The notes beneath the pieces were generated by a model. That model saw only the letters and a program-made list of their open reading frames with translations, made no database searches and was not told the DNA's origin. Made by a program: the position numbers and the translations under genes. A stretch of 64,000 bases of DNA, from assembly GCA_964016885.1 (NCBI GenBank), contig OZ024742.1:197532001-197596000 (forward strand), in the 5' to 3' direction. This document shows positions 26,997 to 40,339 of the stretch, one piece after another (position 1 is the stretch's first letter; each line of letters opens with the position of its first letter). Origin of the DNA: Eledone cirrhosa. Its lineage: Eukaryota.

Positions 26997-27215
26997 TGTA
27001 TATATAGTGTATTTTGCAATACACTGTGTGCTTAATTAAAAGCATTTCGAAGACCTTACGCTATTGTTTTAGAGTAGTGACAGTCTCACTTACTTTAATT
27101 TTCAGCGAACAGGGGAGATAAAGCTGACAGAGCTCTGTTTCGCACTTTTTGGTGCTTATCAATGCTAAGTACTCCGCCTGTTTGCTGAAAATCATGAATG
27201 TTTGATTCTTATAGA

Positions 27216-27292
27216 ATTCTAGTAATAATCAGGAACTGATTATACAGAGCAGTTGCCGCTCTGTATAATCAGTTCCTGATTATTACTAGAAT
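27216..27292. repeat. perfect inverted repeat, 35-bp arms, 7-nt spacer
   Basis: ATTCTAGTAATAATCAGGAACTGATTATACAGAGC-agttgcc-reverse complement. Confidence 0.9.
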
Positions 27293-27544
27293 GTATGTAT
27301 ATATATATGGGATAACAAGTTATCGCTTTAGGTAATCCAGTTAGAGGTTGTGAGTACTCTGTTCTATGGATTGTTTTAACGTACAGCATTGTTTGACTCA
27401 ACAAGAGGTTTCCTTAGTTAGGTAGCGAGTTTGCGAGAATTCCCATGCAACAGCCGACCATGTTATTCTTCACTCTTTCACTACTATATATATATATAGC
27501 AGTGCCCCAACATGGCCCCAGCCTCTCGACTGGAACGCGTAATA

Positions 27545-27582
<38 letters not shown>

Positions 27583-27584
<2 letters not shown>

Positions 27585-30500
27585 CGGCGATGAATTAGTT
27601 TTGCGAGGTTTTTTATATGAAATCGTGTGTCGAAACAAATATTGTTATACTTGGGAGGGTCATATTTGTGTAATATTGCCAGAATTAATAACAGAACACA
27701 CTCACTGTTTGGTTGGTTTTCGCTTCTCGCTTCTGTGTCTTTTATATCGGTAATCTAACTTACTCGGTCCTCAATGTTGCCATTGACTGACCAACGGTCA
27801 AAAATAATACAGATACAATATAGACACAAACACATATATATAGTTTATCATAAATCTTTCGTTGCACATCTGCAACATCGTCAGTGGTGCTATCTTTTCC
27901 TCCTGTTGTATTGTATGTCTACGCCATTTTTATTCAGTCTGTCTTTATATTTATTTATTTATTTGCTTGTTTGTTTATTTTATTTTGTCTTCTTTGCGCA
28001 TGCGTTTGCGTGTGTGTATAGTGTTTTGTTTGATGTGTGATGGGTGACTAGTGTGTGTTTATGTGCTTGTTGTTATTGTGCTTGTGTATGTATTTATTTA
28101 TTTATTTATTTATTTACTTTATTTTATTTACTTATTTATACTTCTCTTAGGTCAGTGTTGTTTGTTTGGGTGTTGTTGTTATTCCATTCATTCTTTCTGT
28201 TTAGTCTTGGTCTTCTAATTTCTATTTCACTGGCCTCTCTGATTTGCCTATCTGCTGGGTCATTTCTATGTTTAGATATTATTCTAATTTCTATGTTGTC
28301 TATGTTACCGTCATGTTGTTGTCTAGCATGTTCGTATAGTACTGACCCGTTTTTTCATCCTTTTAGTTCCCCCCAGTCCTTTCACCTATGCTACGAGCTG
28401 TCTCACCTATGTATGTTGTTGTCATGTTTCTGCAAGTACCATCTGTACATCTTATGCTATAGACTACGTTTCTAGTTTTACAGTTTATCCGGGGGTTTAC
28501 CTTACATATGATACATTTCCTATTGGTACAGTGGGTTTTCTTAAAAGGGTAGGTTTTGCTGATCAGGGATTTTATGGTGGTTCCTGGCTTTGCTACCACC
28601 TTAATTTTTAAGTGGGTCTTTCTCAGGGCCTTTCTACACTGGTTAGCTAATTTCCCTCCAGGGGTAGCGTCCACAAACATGACACTCTGGTATCTCTGGT
28701 TGTCGTACCATGAGGTGGCTTTCCCTATCTTATGTCTAGCCCTATCTAAGCTATTCCATGATTTGCTCCTGTATAATGGGCAAATTCCTTTCATGTCCAG
28801 TTCTATGAGGGTCTTATACTTCTCCATGGCTCCTTCGTATACTCTGACTCTGTCTCTTTGGTTGTAGCCAGAGAACTGCATGCGGTTGATGAAGTGTTGG
28901 ATGTGTCTTTCCATTTCTGTTGTGTCGTACATGCGGGACACATTCTTCATCACTCGTACCAAATCTGCGATCAGAATATTAAACTTAGCACTACTGGACA
29001 TTGCTGAGTTTTTTAGTATCAGGTATTTGGAGGCCATGGGTTTAGCATAGTGTGAGTGGAGAATTTGGGCTCTCTCGTCTATAATGTTAATCCAGAGTTC
29101 TGTGTCCAATACAGGTAGTCTATTGTTAGGGTGTTTGGAAGGGAAGTCGATAGTTATAGTTATACTCTGGTGTATGGAATTAGCTATCTGCTGGATGCTT
29201 TCCATCGTGCTACGTTCTAAATCAAACTTGTTAGTGCTCTCTAGTGGGGGTGTTCTTATAACTATATTGATATCGTCTACATAACGAGAGTACATGATGA
29301 GGTCTATGGAGCTCTCAATAAGGAGATCTTTAAGTCTCCTTTCCCACCATACCATGAAAAGTTTGGCAACATCACCAGCTATGCTGACGCCGATGGCTGC
29401 TCCCTCATTTTGGGTGTAGATCTTCTCGTTGAACTTAAATATGTGGCCCTTTAGGGTAGTTTTGATACTAGCCCCTATTGCATGTGCGACCATTTTTCTT
29501 ACCTGATCATTGTTTTGGGGGGTCCGTATAGCTTTGGTCCACCCAATCCACCTTCCTATGGGAGTCTTTTTTGTCATAGAACTCTGGATTAATATTATAG
29601 ACGAGAGAGCCCAAATTCTCCACTCACACTATGCTAAACCCATGGCCTCCAAATACCTGATACTAAAAAACTCAGCAATGTCCAGTAGTGCTAAGTTTAA
29701 TATTCTGATCGCAGATTTGGTACGAGTGATGAAGAATGTGTCCCGCATGTGCGACCCAACAAAAATGGAAAGACACATCCAACACTTCATCATATAGGTC
29801 TACTAGGGCAGAAACGTCTAAGGTCATGGCTGTCTGGGTAGTCAGTGTCGTAGGTAAGTCTAAGTAGGAGGCCCAGTTCGTCTGTGTCGACGTCGCAGAA
29901 CTCTACCTCACTCTCAATGATCATCTCCACACATCTTTTCACAGCAAAATCAATGTTAATGGATGGGTACAGTGACACCACATCCTATGCTGCCTATTAT
30001 GCAGTTGGATAGGTTCCTGTTTTTGTTGCACTCACTGATTCTGCTGAGGAGGTCCTCTGTACTGTCACATACATCTGGGGACATCTTGATTATGGGGCGT
30101 ATAACCATTGAGAGGAAGTAGGAGATCCTGTAGTTACTAGCTATATTAGCTCCGCATACGGGTCTTGTTGGTGGTCCTGTTGTCGGGTCGTCGACTGTCT
30201 TGTGGTGGTACAAGGGTGGTATGCCATTGTTAGACGCCTGGAAGTTGTTGGCAGTGCGTCTGCTTAGCTTTAGGATGTCAGTCCACATCATCATGCGAGC
30301 GTTGAGGATTTTCTCTCTCCCATCGTGTGTTTGTTGTGCAATTTCGCTCGTGTTGGTGATGTGGGGTTGCATAGCCTTGATGTAGTTCGGCATGCTATCT
30401 ATTGACATCCTACCAGACTTATCCATGGGTAGACATACTACCTCACCATCCCTTGTGCGCTGCTTGAGGCTAACCAAGCCTTCTACAGGTTTCCTCCCAA

Positions 30501-31706
30501 GTTGTTGGGCCTCTGGTCTGCTCTGTCTCTTAGTATACCTGTCTACTATTTGTCTAATCTTATTTCTAGCTATGGTGAACTGTGCCTCTGTCTCGTCATC
30601 TATTTGTTGTGGTATGCAAACTCTTTTATTAAAGGGTAATCTCGTAGGATAGATATTATCCATCTTATATGTTTTGTCAGCTGGGTTGAAAAATGGTTTC
30701 TCTAAGGGGTTGTCATTATATCTGTCGTCATAGTTGTGTGTGTGTTGCTATTATTGTTATCATGGTGGTTGTTGTTGTTTCTATCATTAGCATTATTATT
30801 ATTGTTATGATTGCTAGATGTATTGTTGTTTACTTCACCGTTATTGTTGTTGTTACTGTTATTTCTACCATTGTGGTTGTTACTTTTATTATGTTTCTTG
30901 TTTTTGTTGTGTCTATCATTGATGTTGCTACATGTACTATTTCCATTATTACCACAGTGGTTATTGTTGTTGTTGTTCGTATTGTTACCGTTATTACTAC
31001 TATGGTCGCTGCTGCTGTGTCTGTGGTTAATGTTTCTATTATTATTATTATTGTGGTTGTTGTTGTTCTGTCTATCGTTAGTATTATTACCATTATTACT
31101 ATTTCTCACTTTCCTGCTATTGTTATTGTTATGGCTGTTATTTCTATACTCAGAGTTATTGTTTATATTACTACTACCGTTATTATTGTTGTTGTTGTTG
31201 TTGTTTACCTTTGCATTCCAACGTATTTTTGTGAAACACTTTTCCAGCTCCGTTTGGCACTCCATAGGGTTAATCTTTTTGTAGATGGCAAATTTTGGTG
31301 GTAGCCGCAGGATTTGTTGTTCTTGTTCACTGATTAAAGTGTTCCCATAAATATTTACTGTGTGGTCATTGGTAAATTCTTCCGGTAGTTTTACATCAGT
31401 CATACGGATATTGTTGATGTTATCTGGGTATTTTTGAGAATATTCTATTTTCCTTTCTTGTAGTTTTTTCTTATTCATCCATTCTAATTTCTTATTGAAA
31501 TGCCTATTGCATTCGTTTCGGGCGTATTTCGTTTCACGTCGGATGACGCTCATAAAGTTATCCCTCTCGTTTGGTGTGGTGAGATTTAGGACTTCCTTAC
31601 CGTTAATGCGTTTCTGTCTGTAAAGTTCGTTGACTTTTGTGTATGTTGTTCTTTTCATATTAACTGTTATTGTGTGTTTTAGTCGTTCGGCTTGTGTTTT
31701 GTTCAA
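27583..31706 (-). mobile_element. Penelope-like element family B (RT plus GIY-YIG, probably Nematis-like), near full length and disrupted
   Basis: ORFs 30702-31706, 29956-30663, 29790-29981 and 28363-29577 carry LRLPPKFA, DKSG, RPVCGA, SLYPSI, GAAIG, RYVDD, YIGETARS. The pLTR at 27583-28200 lies in (TA)n. Confidence 0.9.
27847..27888 (-). ncRNA. minimal type-I hammerhead in the family B pLTR
   Basis: acca-CTGACGA-T-gttgca(gatg)tgcaac-GAAA-gatt-TA-tgat. Confidence 0.65.
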
Positions 31707-31736
31707 AATTACACAAATATGACCCTCCCCAAGTAT

Positions 31737-31798
<62 letters not shown>

Positions 31799-32147
31799 TT
31801 GGGGAGGGTCATATTTGTGAAATATTGCCAGAATTAATAACAGAACACACTCACTGTTTGGTTGGTTTTCGCTTTTCGCTTCTGTGTCTTTTATATCGGT
31901 AATCTAATTTATTCGGTCCTCAATGTTGCCATTGACTGACCAACGGTCAAAAATAATACAGATACAATATAGACACAAATATTACAGATACAATATAGAC
32001 ACAAAGATGAAATAGTAATAACACAGTGAGTGTGTTCTGTTATTAATTCTGGCAATATTACACAAATATGACCCTCCCCAAGTATAACAATATTTGTTTC
32101 GACACACGATTTCATATAAAAAACCCCGCAAAACTAATTCATCGCCG
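31707..32147. mobile_element. inverted and direct pLTR end fragments of PLE family B
   Basis: Copies of 27583-27830 in both orientations, separated by (TA)n. Confidence 0.75.
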
Positions 32148-32256
<109 letters not shown>

Positions 32257-33239
32257 AAAAAGTGTTAAGACCCCGACGGCTGACCTCCGGCCGTTTCGAC
32301 AGCTAAATCCGAACCTTGTGTACTCTGGTGCCTTATGGTCCACCTGGTTTCTTACCACACCCTCTTTGTTCTTTGTTATATATATATAATTAGACTAAAT
32401 CTATACATATATTATATATTATTTATATGTATATATAAACAAAATATAAAACAATCAAATTTTTGCTTAATGCATTTAATTGCTGACGATCGTTTAAAAT
32501 AAATAAATAAATAATAAACAAGTATATTAATTAATAAATTGATTAATTGTATAAAGATTTAAATAACATAAGATTTTTAAATCCATTGAAAAATTGTAAT
32601 ATTTCCTTAATTACCCACCTTATGTTATTAACTCCCTTTGTGATAATCTTTTTTACTATTTCAAATTCCAACCGTTATGGTTACTTAACACCACTGCTAC
32701 CATTAGATTTCGTGAAAGCGAATTTTTAACTCCAATTGTAATTCTTAATAAAAGTTCTACAAAGAGGAATGTATTATCCAATATTTTTCAAATACATGGC
32801 AACAGAAACCGTGGGATTAACATTTACTTTATATATATATTTAAACTTTACCAATTTATGTCCATTGATCACATACGCCACAATTATAAATAGTAACATT
32901 TCATACATTAAACCTTTGCATTACACCCAACATAAACATTTTTACATTAACTCAAATATAAACATATTTGAATTCAACTAACTTGTCATATATTATTTAC
33001 ATTACATAACATTTATATCTATGCTATCATATTTTTGTTTTTTTGTGTTTTTCGTGTGAGATAAAGCCTTTACTGTGAAAATACAATAGTAAATATTGAA
33101 ATGAATAAACCATATGTAAATAAGAACTTTTGGATTAGGACAATGGGATTGATGAGTTAATATCTGTATACAACAATTACAGCGGTACGCGATGGGGCCC
33201 ACTAACAGCCCCGGCGGACAGAATGGAGAAGGCGTTTCC

Positions 33240-33282
<43 letters not shown>

Positions 33283-33408
33283 CTGTAATACATCTGATAA
33301 TTTACATTGACCTATTTTTCTTACTGGTAATCGGGTAGTACAACATATTACCCTTTCCTATTTATAATTGTATATAGTTTAATATATAAGTATAAATACT
33401 ATTATTCT

Positions 33409-33449
<41 letters not shown>

Positions 33450-33760
33450 TAAAATAACAGATTAAAGTTTAAGCAAAGAATCGCTGCTTTCACCCTTAAG
33501 GGATCTTCTGAAACTAAAAAAGTCAATCTGTGAACGCAGAAGTAAATATTTCAAAAGGCGTTGCAACCGGAGGAAGACAGGAAGACGATACTTTGGTTCG
33601 TTCCCTGGCAAAGAACGGGAAAAAACGAAGATAATACGTCATTATTTGGAGCGGTGAAAAACAATTACACGCAAAGACAAAACCACGTTTATGGTATAAA
33701 AGAAGTCGTAGACTAATATTCATTTATACCATTGAACATCGATGAAAGAATGGTATTTAA

Positions 33761-34465
33761 CTAATGTATTGGTAGGCGATGGGGCCCACTAACAGCCCCG
33801 GCGGACAGAATGGAGAAGGAGTTTCCCCGGAGGACAGCAAGGGAGACGCGCTGGAAAAACCACTCCAACTCGCGGGGCTCACACCTGCGGCTGGCCAGCT
33901 CAGCGCCTATGGTGGTGAGTAAGGAGGTAGCCCTGGGGCCGAGGACACCAGAAGTTTCCACTGCCAGGGGAACGACCGCAAACCTGTCGGATAGCGACCG
34001 GTATTTGAGGAGTTTGGCCCCTCAGCCCGACGTGCAGCAGAACCTGGGTCAGTCGCAGACTGCACCAGGTTGCGGCTGCAGAAAGTTTCGGTGCAAGTGG
34101 CATCCCAGACGAGGGGTTTGCCACCGCGGAACGGGAAGATGGTCATGCCATCTGGCCTTTTGCCGTCCCCTCGATCCAGCCCCACCGGCTCGAGCTGGGA
34201 AGGGAAGCCTGCAGCGTCCAAGCCATGCTTAATGACCTCGTTGGAGACAGGAAAGCGGGTGGAGGCTGAAAGAGTCTACGGTGGAACCGCAGCGACATTG
34301 GTGAGGCTGGCAGGTCCGGAGGCCGAACCTCAGGGAAACGCTGATTCTCAGGCTATGGTTGTCTAGCTGCGTGCCAGTGGAGAAGGAGGGCAGAGCATGG
34401 AGTCAGGCACTACTGTGGGGTTTGGAGGCCGCACGAAAACAAGCAAGGCGGTGTGGTTCATGGAG
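33761..34465 (-). mobile_element. 3' fragment of a CRE-like non-LTR retrotransposon (REL domain); a smaller piece lies at 33189-33240
   Basis: EPVGLDRGDGKRPDG...VWDATC...ETSGVLG...FQRVSLAVLRGN, homologous to 61800-62450. Confidence 0.8.
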
Positions 34466-34796
34466 ACGTTCTCTGGCAATGAACGGAAAAAACGAAGATA
34501 ATACGTCATATGTAGAGCGGGGAGAACAATTGCACGCAAAGACAAAATCACGTAAATGGTATAACTGAAGTCGTAGACTAAAATTCTAACTAGGAAACCG
34601 AATGATTCTCGACTTCAGATTTAAGAAATAAATACAGAGGTAATTGAAATTAAATAAATACATGTTATTTTAATAAATATTTGCTCTACGGTTCTTATAT
34701 ATTTGATATATATTTATCCTTATCGAGCCCTCTTTGGATTTTAGTCTTCAAATTTATTATTATTACTATATGTATATATATATATAGTAATATATT

Positions 34797-36560
34797 TCGT
34801 TTCTGAATTTGTTTAGCAAGATTCTTTATCTGAAATCGTGTGTTGAAACCGATATTGTTATACTTTGGGAGGGTCATGTTGCCAATAAGAAACACACGCA
34901 CACATCGCTTTCACTTCAATTTATTATATATTTATAAATTTATAAATTTCTGGTTGGTTGGTTGGTTCCACAACCAGATAGTTGTTTATATATAGTCATA
35001 GTTCTTTCGTCACACACTCAGTGACCTCTTCAGTGACTGGGGATTCCTTTCTTTGTTTCTGTGCCTCTCCTTTGTTCTGTCCTACGCCATTTTGTTTCTG
35101 TGTGTGTGTTGTGTGCTCAGTCTGCGCATGCGCCACATCCTGTGTCTGTGTGTGTTTATGTTCATTTATTTATTTGTTTATTTACATGTTACTGGTTGGT
35201 TGTTTGTTCTATGTGTGTGTGTGTTTTCATTTTGTCCTTAATTGTAAGTTGTGATGTTGCTGTTCCACTCATATTTTCTATTTAATTTTGGTTGTAATTC
35301 TTTTATGTTTATTGCCTCTGTAATTTGTCTAAACATTGCGTCTTTTCTGTGTGTAGATTCTATTTTTATTTCTATGTTCTCTAATTTACCCTTGTGTTCT
35401 ATCTTAGCATGTTGGTAGAGTACAGATGATTCTTTATTATCTTGAAGGTCTCGCCAGTGTTCATTTATCCGTTCCCCTACACTACGAGCTGTCTCACTTA
35501 TGTACACTATATTTTTGTCTCTACATTGTCCTTCAGTACATCTTATGCTATACACTACATTTCTAGTTTTACAGTTAATATGGGGGCTTATTTTACAGGT
35601 TATACATTTCTTATCTATACATGAGGGTCTTTGAAAAGGGTATGTCTTGCTAATAAGTGTTTTTACGGAGGTACCTGGTCTTTCTACTATCTTAATATTG
35701 AGTTTATGTTTATTTAGGGCCCTTCTAAATTTGTAAGCTAATTCACCTCTAGGGGTTGTATTGATGAACATTACACTCTGGTATTTATTGCTATCATACC
35801 ATGAGTTTATTCTATTAGCCTTGTTCCTAGTTCTTTCTATTCTATTCCAAAATTTGCTCCTATACAAGGGGCAGGTCCCATTTATGTCATTATTTACCAT
35901 TTTTTCCCATTTGGTTCTGGCTCCTCTATACACTCTGATTTTATCTCTCTGATTGTAGCCAGAGAACTGCATACGGTGGATGAAGTGTTGTATGTGTCTC
36001 TCTAGTTCTTCGGGGTTGCACATGCGGGACACATTTCTCATCACACGTACCAAATCCGCAATCAGTATGTTGATTTTGGTATGGTCCGAAATGGCCGAGT
36101 TTCGGTGGATCAGATGTTTGGAAGTCAGGGGTTTGGCATAATGGGAATGAAGGATTTGTTTTTTGTTGTTAATGGTATCTAATCAGAGCTCTGTGTCTAG
36201 TACAGGTAATCGATGGTTGGGGTGTTTACTTGGGTAGTCTATAGTAACTCTAATGCTCTGGTGGATGGAGTTTGCTATTTGCTGGATGCTTTCCATTGTG
36301 TTTTTCTCTAGTTCCTGACTGTTCTCTAGTGGGGGTGTCTTAACTACGATGTTTATATCATCTACGTAGCGGGAGTACATTATCAGGGTTAAGGGGTCTT
36401 CTAATTGTTCTTTAAGTTTAAGTTTAAGTCTACTGTCCCACCATACCATGAATAAGTTAGCTATGTCGCCTGCAATGCTAACACCAATGGCTGCTCCTTC
36501 CTCTTGGGCATATGTTTTTCCATTAAATTTGAACATATGTTCCTTAAGGGTTAGTTTTAG
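34797..36560 (-). mobile_element. PLE family A, 5'-truncated copy; HHR at 34994-35038
   Basis: ORFs 36183-36536 (GAAIG, RYVDD) and 35238-36053 (GIY-YIG). The HHR reads agtca-CTGAAGA-G-gtcac...gtgac-GAAA-gaac-TA-tgact. Confidence 0.9.
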
Positions 36561-36795
36561 ATGATGGCAAAATATTAAAAGATTTTAAACAGTTTTCAAA
36601 TTAATCTCAAATTAAATTTTCGTCCCTTTGGGGGCGAAAAATGAGATTGCCACCCAGCTGACAATTCAGCCTGGGGGGTTAATCTACAAAACAATGTGTT
36701 TTTTTTAAACAAGAATTTCTGTTTTTTGTAAATAAATTGACAAACTTACCAGCAAAATTGTGTGCGCCCAGCTACCAGATAGATAGATAGATAGA

Positions 36796-38922
36796 TTTCT
36801 TTATTAGCCACAAGGGCGCAACAAGAAAGGGGACTATACAAAGACATGCCGGGGATTTTACATACAGTCGTGTAAAAAATATAAAAACAAACAATTACAA
36901 CAATCGAAATCCCCAATAGGGGGGAGGCGCCACAAATGGGTTGTTTAATACCCCGTCGATAGAACAACCTCAACTCCAGGAGCGTGTTGTGCAAGTGCTC
37001 TTTTCTTCCTTTTGCTCTCTTCTTCAACCTACAGGCTTATAAACAGAGAAGGCCCAATCACTCGGGCCATTTTCGCTTCATTCACCCACCTTTTAGTAAA
37101 TTTACTGGAGTGCAGTGCCTCTCTCTCCACCCTGATTCTCCTTCTAAAGTGATACTTAAAGAAGGGAATCAATTGTTGTCCAGAGAGAAAGGCATCTGTT
37201 CTCAGTCCTCTCAACCTCGTCCACTATATAACTTCTTTCACCATAGCCACTGTACAGAGGAAAACCGCCTCTCTTTCGTTTTTGAAAGAGGCTGGCGGTT
37301 TGATCCTTACTATGGACTCGGCAGTCAACTGGATTTGTCCCATACGCGATAGCAGTTGTTCTGCATAGTTCCACAGGTTGGTTACGCCCGGGCAGTGTAC
37401 AATTGCGTGCAGGACTGTTTCAATGTCCTGCGCGCATCTTGGACACGTCCTCTTGGAAGGATCCCTGCCGGGGCATCCGTGCCTGTAGATCTTGTCACGA
37501 ACCGGTAGAGCTCCTCGGTAGCACTGCCAGGTCAGGGACCTCTGGAAGTTGTCCATAGGTCCCGGGCGGAAAGTCCTACAAAACAGACTGGTGAGCTCAT
37601 CGTCTTCGACGCCCAGAGTCTCTCCGAGCACGTCGTCGCCCTTGTAACGTACAATCCCTCTATAGAATGTCGAAGTGGAGTCTCCACTGATTGCTGCGCC
37701 CGCTTGCCAGAGGACTGTGAGCGCCTGAGCGCATTCAATGTGCCAGGCGCCCATCGTTTTCGGTCTTTTCTTGACCCAGGACTGCAGCTCCGTCAGCGAA
37801 ACGAGCTGTAGGAAAGCCTGTCTCACAAACGGTGCCCACACCGGTTGGGGGGTCGGTGAGGATTACCTGGAGATGCCGCAGCCTCAGCGCATGTTTGCGC
37901 ATCATCAGCCACGGCATTCCCAGCCCTCCATTGGAAGGGTGCTGACAGCAGACGGATCTCCTCACCAGCGGAGCCTGCTTCTTCCACAGAAACTGGAATA
38001 GTATGCGTTCCATCTTGGCGAGGTGTTCACGGGGACAAGGCATGACAGTCAAGCGGTAGTAGATGACGGACGCTATGAAAGTGTTCGGCACCTCCGCTAG
38101 ACCTTTCAAGGACAGTTTGCACTCTGGCCACTTCTGGGTGAGTGCGAACACCTTGGCTGTGACCTCGTTCCAGTTTTTCTCCGCCTGGAGGTCTGGACCG
38201 AACCAGACCCCGAGCAATTTCACCGGTCCGTCCGTCCAGCGTCTAACGACGCTGTCGGACGTCATCGGTTTGCCTCTTCACGTACCGAGTTGCAAACCGA
38301 CAGACTTGTCCGGGTTTAGTTTTGCTCCCGTCAGCGTTTCGTATTCTTTCAGTAAGTTTCGGATCACCCCGATTTCCGAGGTGCTCGACACCATTACCGT
38401 CACGTCGTCTGCATAAGCCGACGCCGCTTTGCGCAGTCCCGGTTCTAGAGGGAAGCCCTGCAACAGCTCCAATTTCCGCAGTAGTGGCTCTAGAGTCAAT
38501 ACATACAGAATGGAGGAGAGAGGGCACCCCTGTCGAATGGAACGCGTGATTGCGAACGGCTCCGATAGGTAGCCGTTCACCTTGACCCTCGAGCAGATGC
38601 TGGTGTGCATCGCCTCGATCCAGCCTCTGAACACGTAACCGAAACCGGCCGCCTTGAGAACCGCTTCCAAGTATCGATGGTCGACCCTATCGAATGCCTT
38701 AGACTGATCCAAATTGATCAGAGCCCCACCAAAGCCGGGTTTACTACCCACCCTCTCTATGATGTTTCGCATGAGGTGGAGGTTGTCGTGTATGGACCTG
38801 GTCGGGATTGCACACGTTTGCGCTTTCCCTGCCAGGTTCTCAACGACAAGCGCCAACCTCGTCGCTAGCACCTTGGCCAAAATCTTTAACTCTGTGTTGA
38901 GCAGAGTTATGGGCCTGAAGTT
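36796..38922 (-). mobile_element. Tx1-like (L1 group) non-LTR retrotransposon, 5'-truncated, in (GATA)n
   Basis: FRPITLLNTELKI, LDQSKAFDRVDH, RQGCPLS, AYADD, LLGVWF, GGLG, CPRC...ETVLHAIVHC. The 3' end is AATAAAGAAA(TCTA)n, with (GATA)n on both sides. Confidence 0.88.
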
Positions 38923-39015
<93 letters not shown>

Positions 39016-39272
39016 ATATTCTTTATTAAGATCAAGTTTGTGTCTTCTCACTCTGGAGTTTCTGCTGTATATTCACAGGGTCGCAAGTCTTCACTGATAA
39101 TTCTGCGAGTACACAGAAAAAACCTCACAGCAATGGCACAGAGTCTTAACCATAATAAAGAATATATTAATCCATACTATGATATTGATTACTTATTCTC
39201 GAGATCGTCAATACTAAGCCTATATACACATCTGCGTATACATACACACAGATACATACACACACATATATA

Positions 39273-39475
39273 CAAGTGGGTACTCAAAAGTTCCTAGCTT
39301 GATCGCTGCTACAGAGGCCCAACTTTTCGACTTCTTTTTAGTGGGTTTAGAAAAACCGAAGGACTGCTGCAAAAAGTGTCAATCTGAGAGGGAAATATGT
39401 TGAATAAGATCATAATTAACTGATCCTCCTGTATTTTCTTTCATTCAAAGCCAGGAACTTTTCAGCACGACCTTG
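39273..39475 (+). mobile_element. mariner deletion derivative
   Basis: Imperfect TIRs flanked by TA. The interior resembles a mariner transposase C-terminus (GL.K...C.KC...G.YVE*). Confidence 0.65.
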
Positions 39476-39577
39476 TATATATTGTTTTAATGCGTTTTAC
39501 ATATACATATGCCAATTTGAGATTTAAAATCACACATACCCACCCACACACACGGACATACATATAGATATAAGTAC

Positions 39578-39620
<43 letters not shown>

Positions 39621-39649
39621 GATATGTGTGTATATATATATGTACATAC

Positions 39650-39710
<61 letters not shown>

Positions 39711-39799
39711 GACAGAGAGAGAGCGAGAGAGAGTGAGAGGGAGAGAGAGAGATACTGAGAGAGAGGGAGAGAAGAAAGAGAGAGAGGGGGGAGAAGATA

Positions 39800-40085
39800 T
39801 AGTGTTGTACTTTGGGGGGGGACATGCTGGCAATAAAAAACACGCGTGCCAGTTGGGTTTCACTTCAATTTATTATTATAATTTCTCAGTCGGTTAGTTT
39901 AATAACCGACAATCAACAACTAAACAACCATTCGGTTATTAAATTAACCGACTGGGAAATTATAATAATAAATTGAAGTGAAACTCACAGGTGCGGGTGT
40001 TTTTCATTGCCAGCATGACCCTCCTAAAGTATAACAATATCTATTTCAACACACGTTTTCAGATAAAAAAAAATTTACAAAACAA
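39800..40085. mobile_element. inverted pair of pLTR ends related to PLE family A
   Basis: Arms of ~105 bp around a spacer at ~39910-39931. One arm carries the ACACGTTTTCAGATAAA extension. Confidence 0.7.
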
Positions 40086-40104
40086 ATACAAAAACAATAC
40101 ATAA

Positions 40105-40171
<67 letters not shown>

Positions 40172-40272
40172 CCACTCTCAAGAACGTGAAACTAATAAAC
40201 CTTTGTTCGTACTGCCTCTCTGTTTTGTTCCCGTTCCATTTTTCACTATATATATATATATATATATAAATA

Positions 40273-40332
<60 letters not shown>

Positions 40333-40339
<7 letters not shown>

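Noticed and set aside
36640-36682. piggyBac-like end (GGGGGG-TTAA)
   Set aside because: No matching opposite terminus or transposase was found.
38923-39051. N-terminus of ORF 38278-39051 (YLSI repeats)
   Set aside because: It is a read-through of the (TATC)n tract and not part of the RT.
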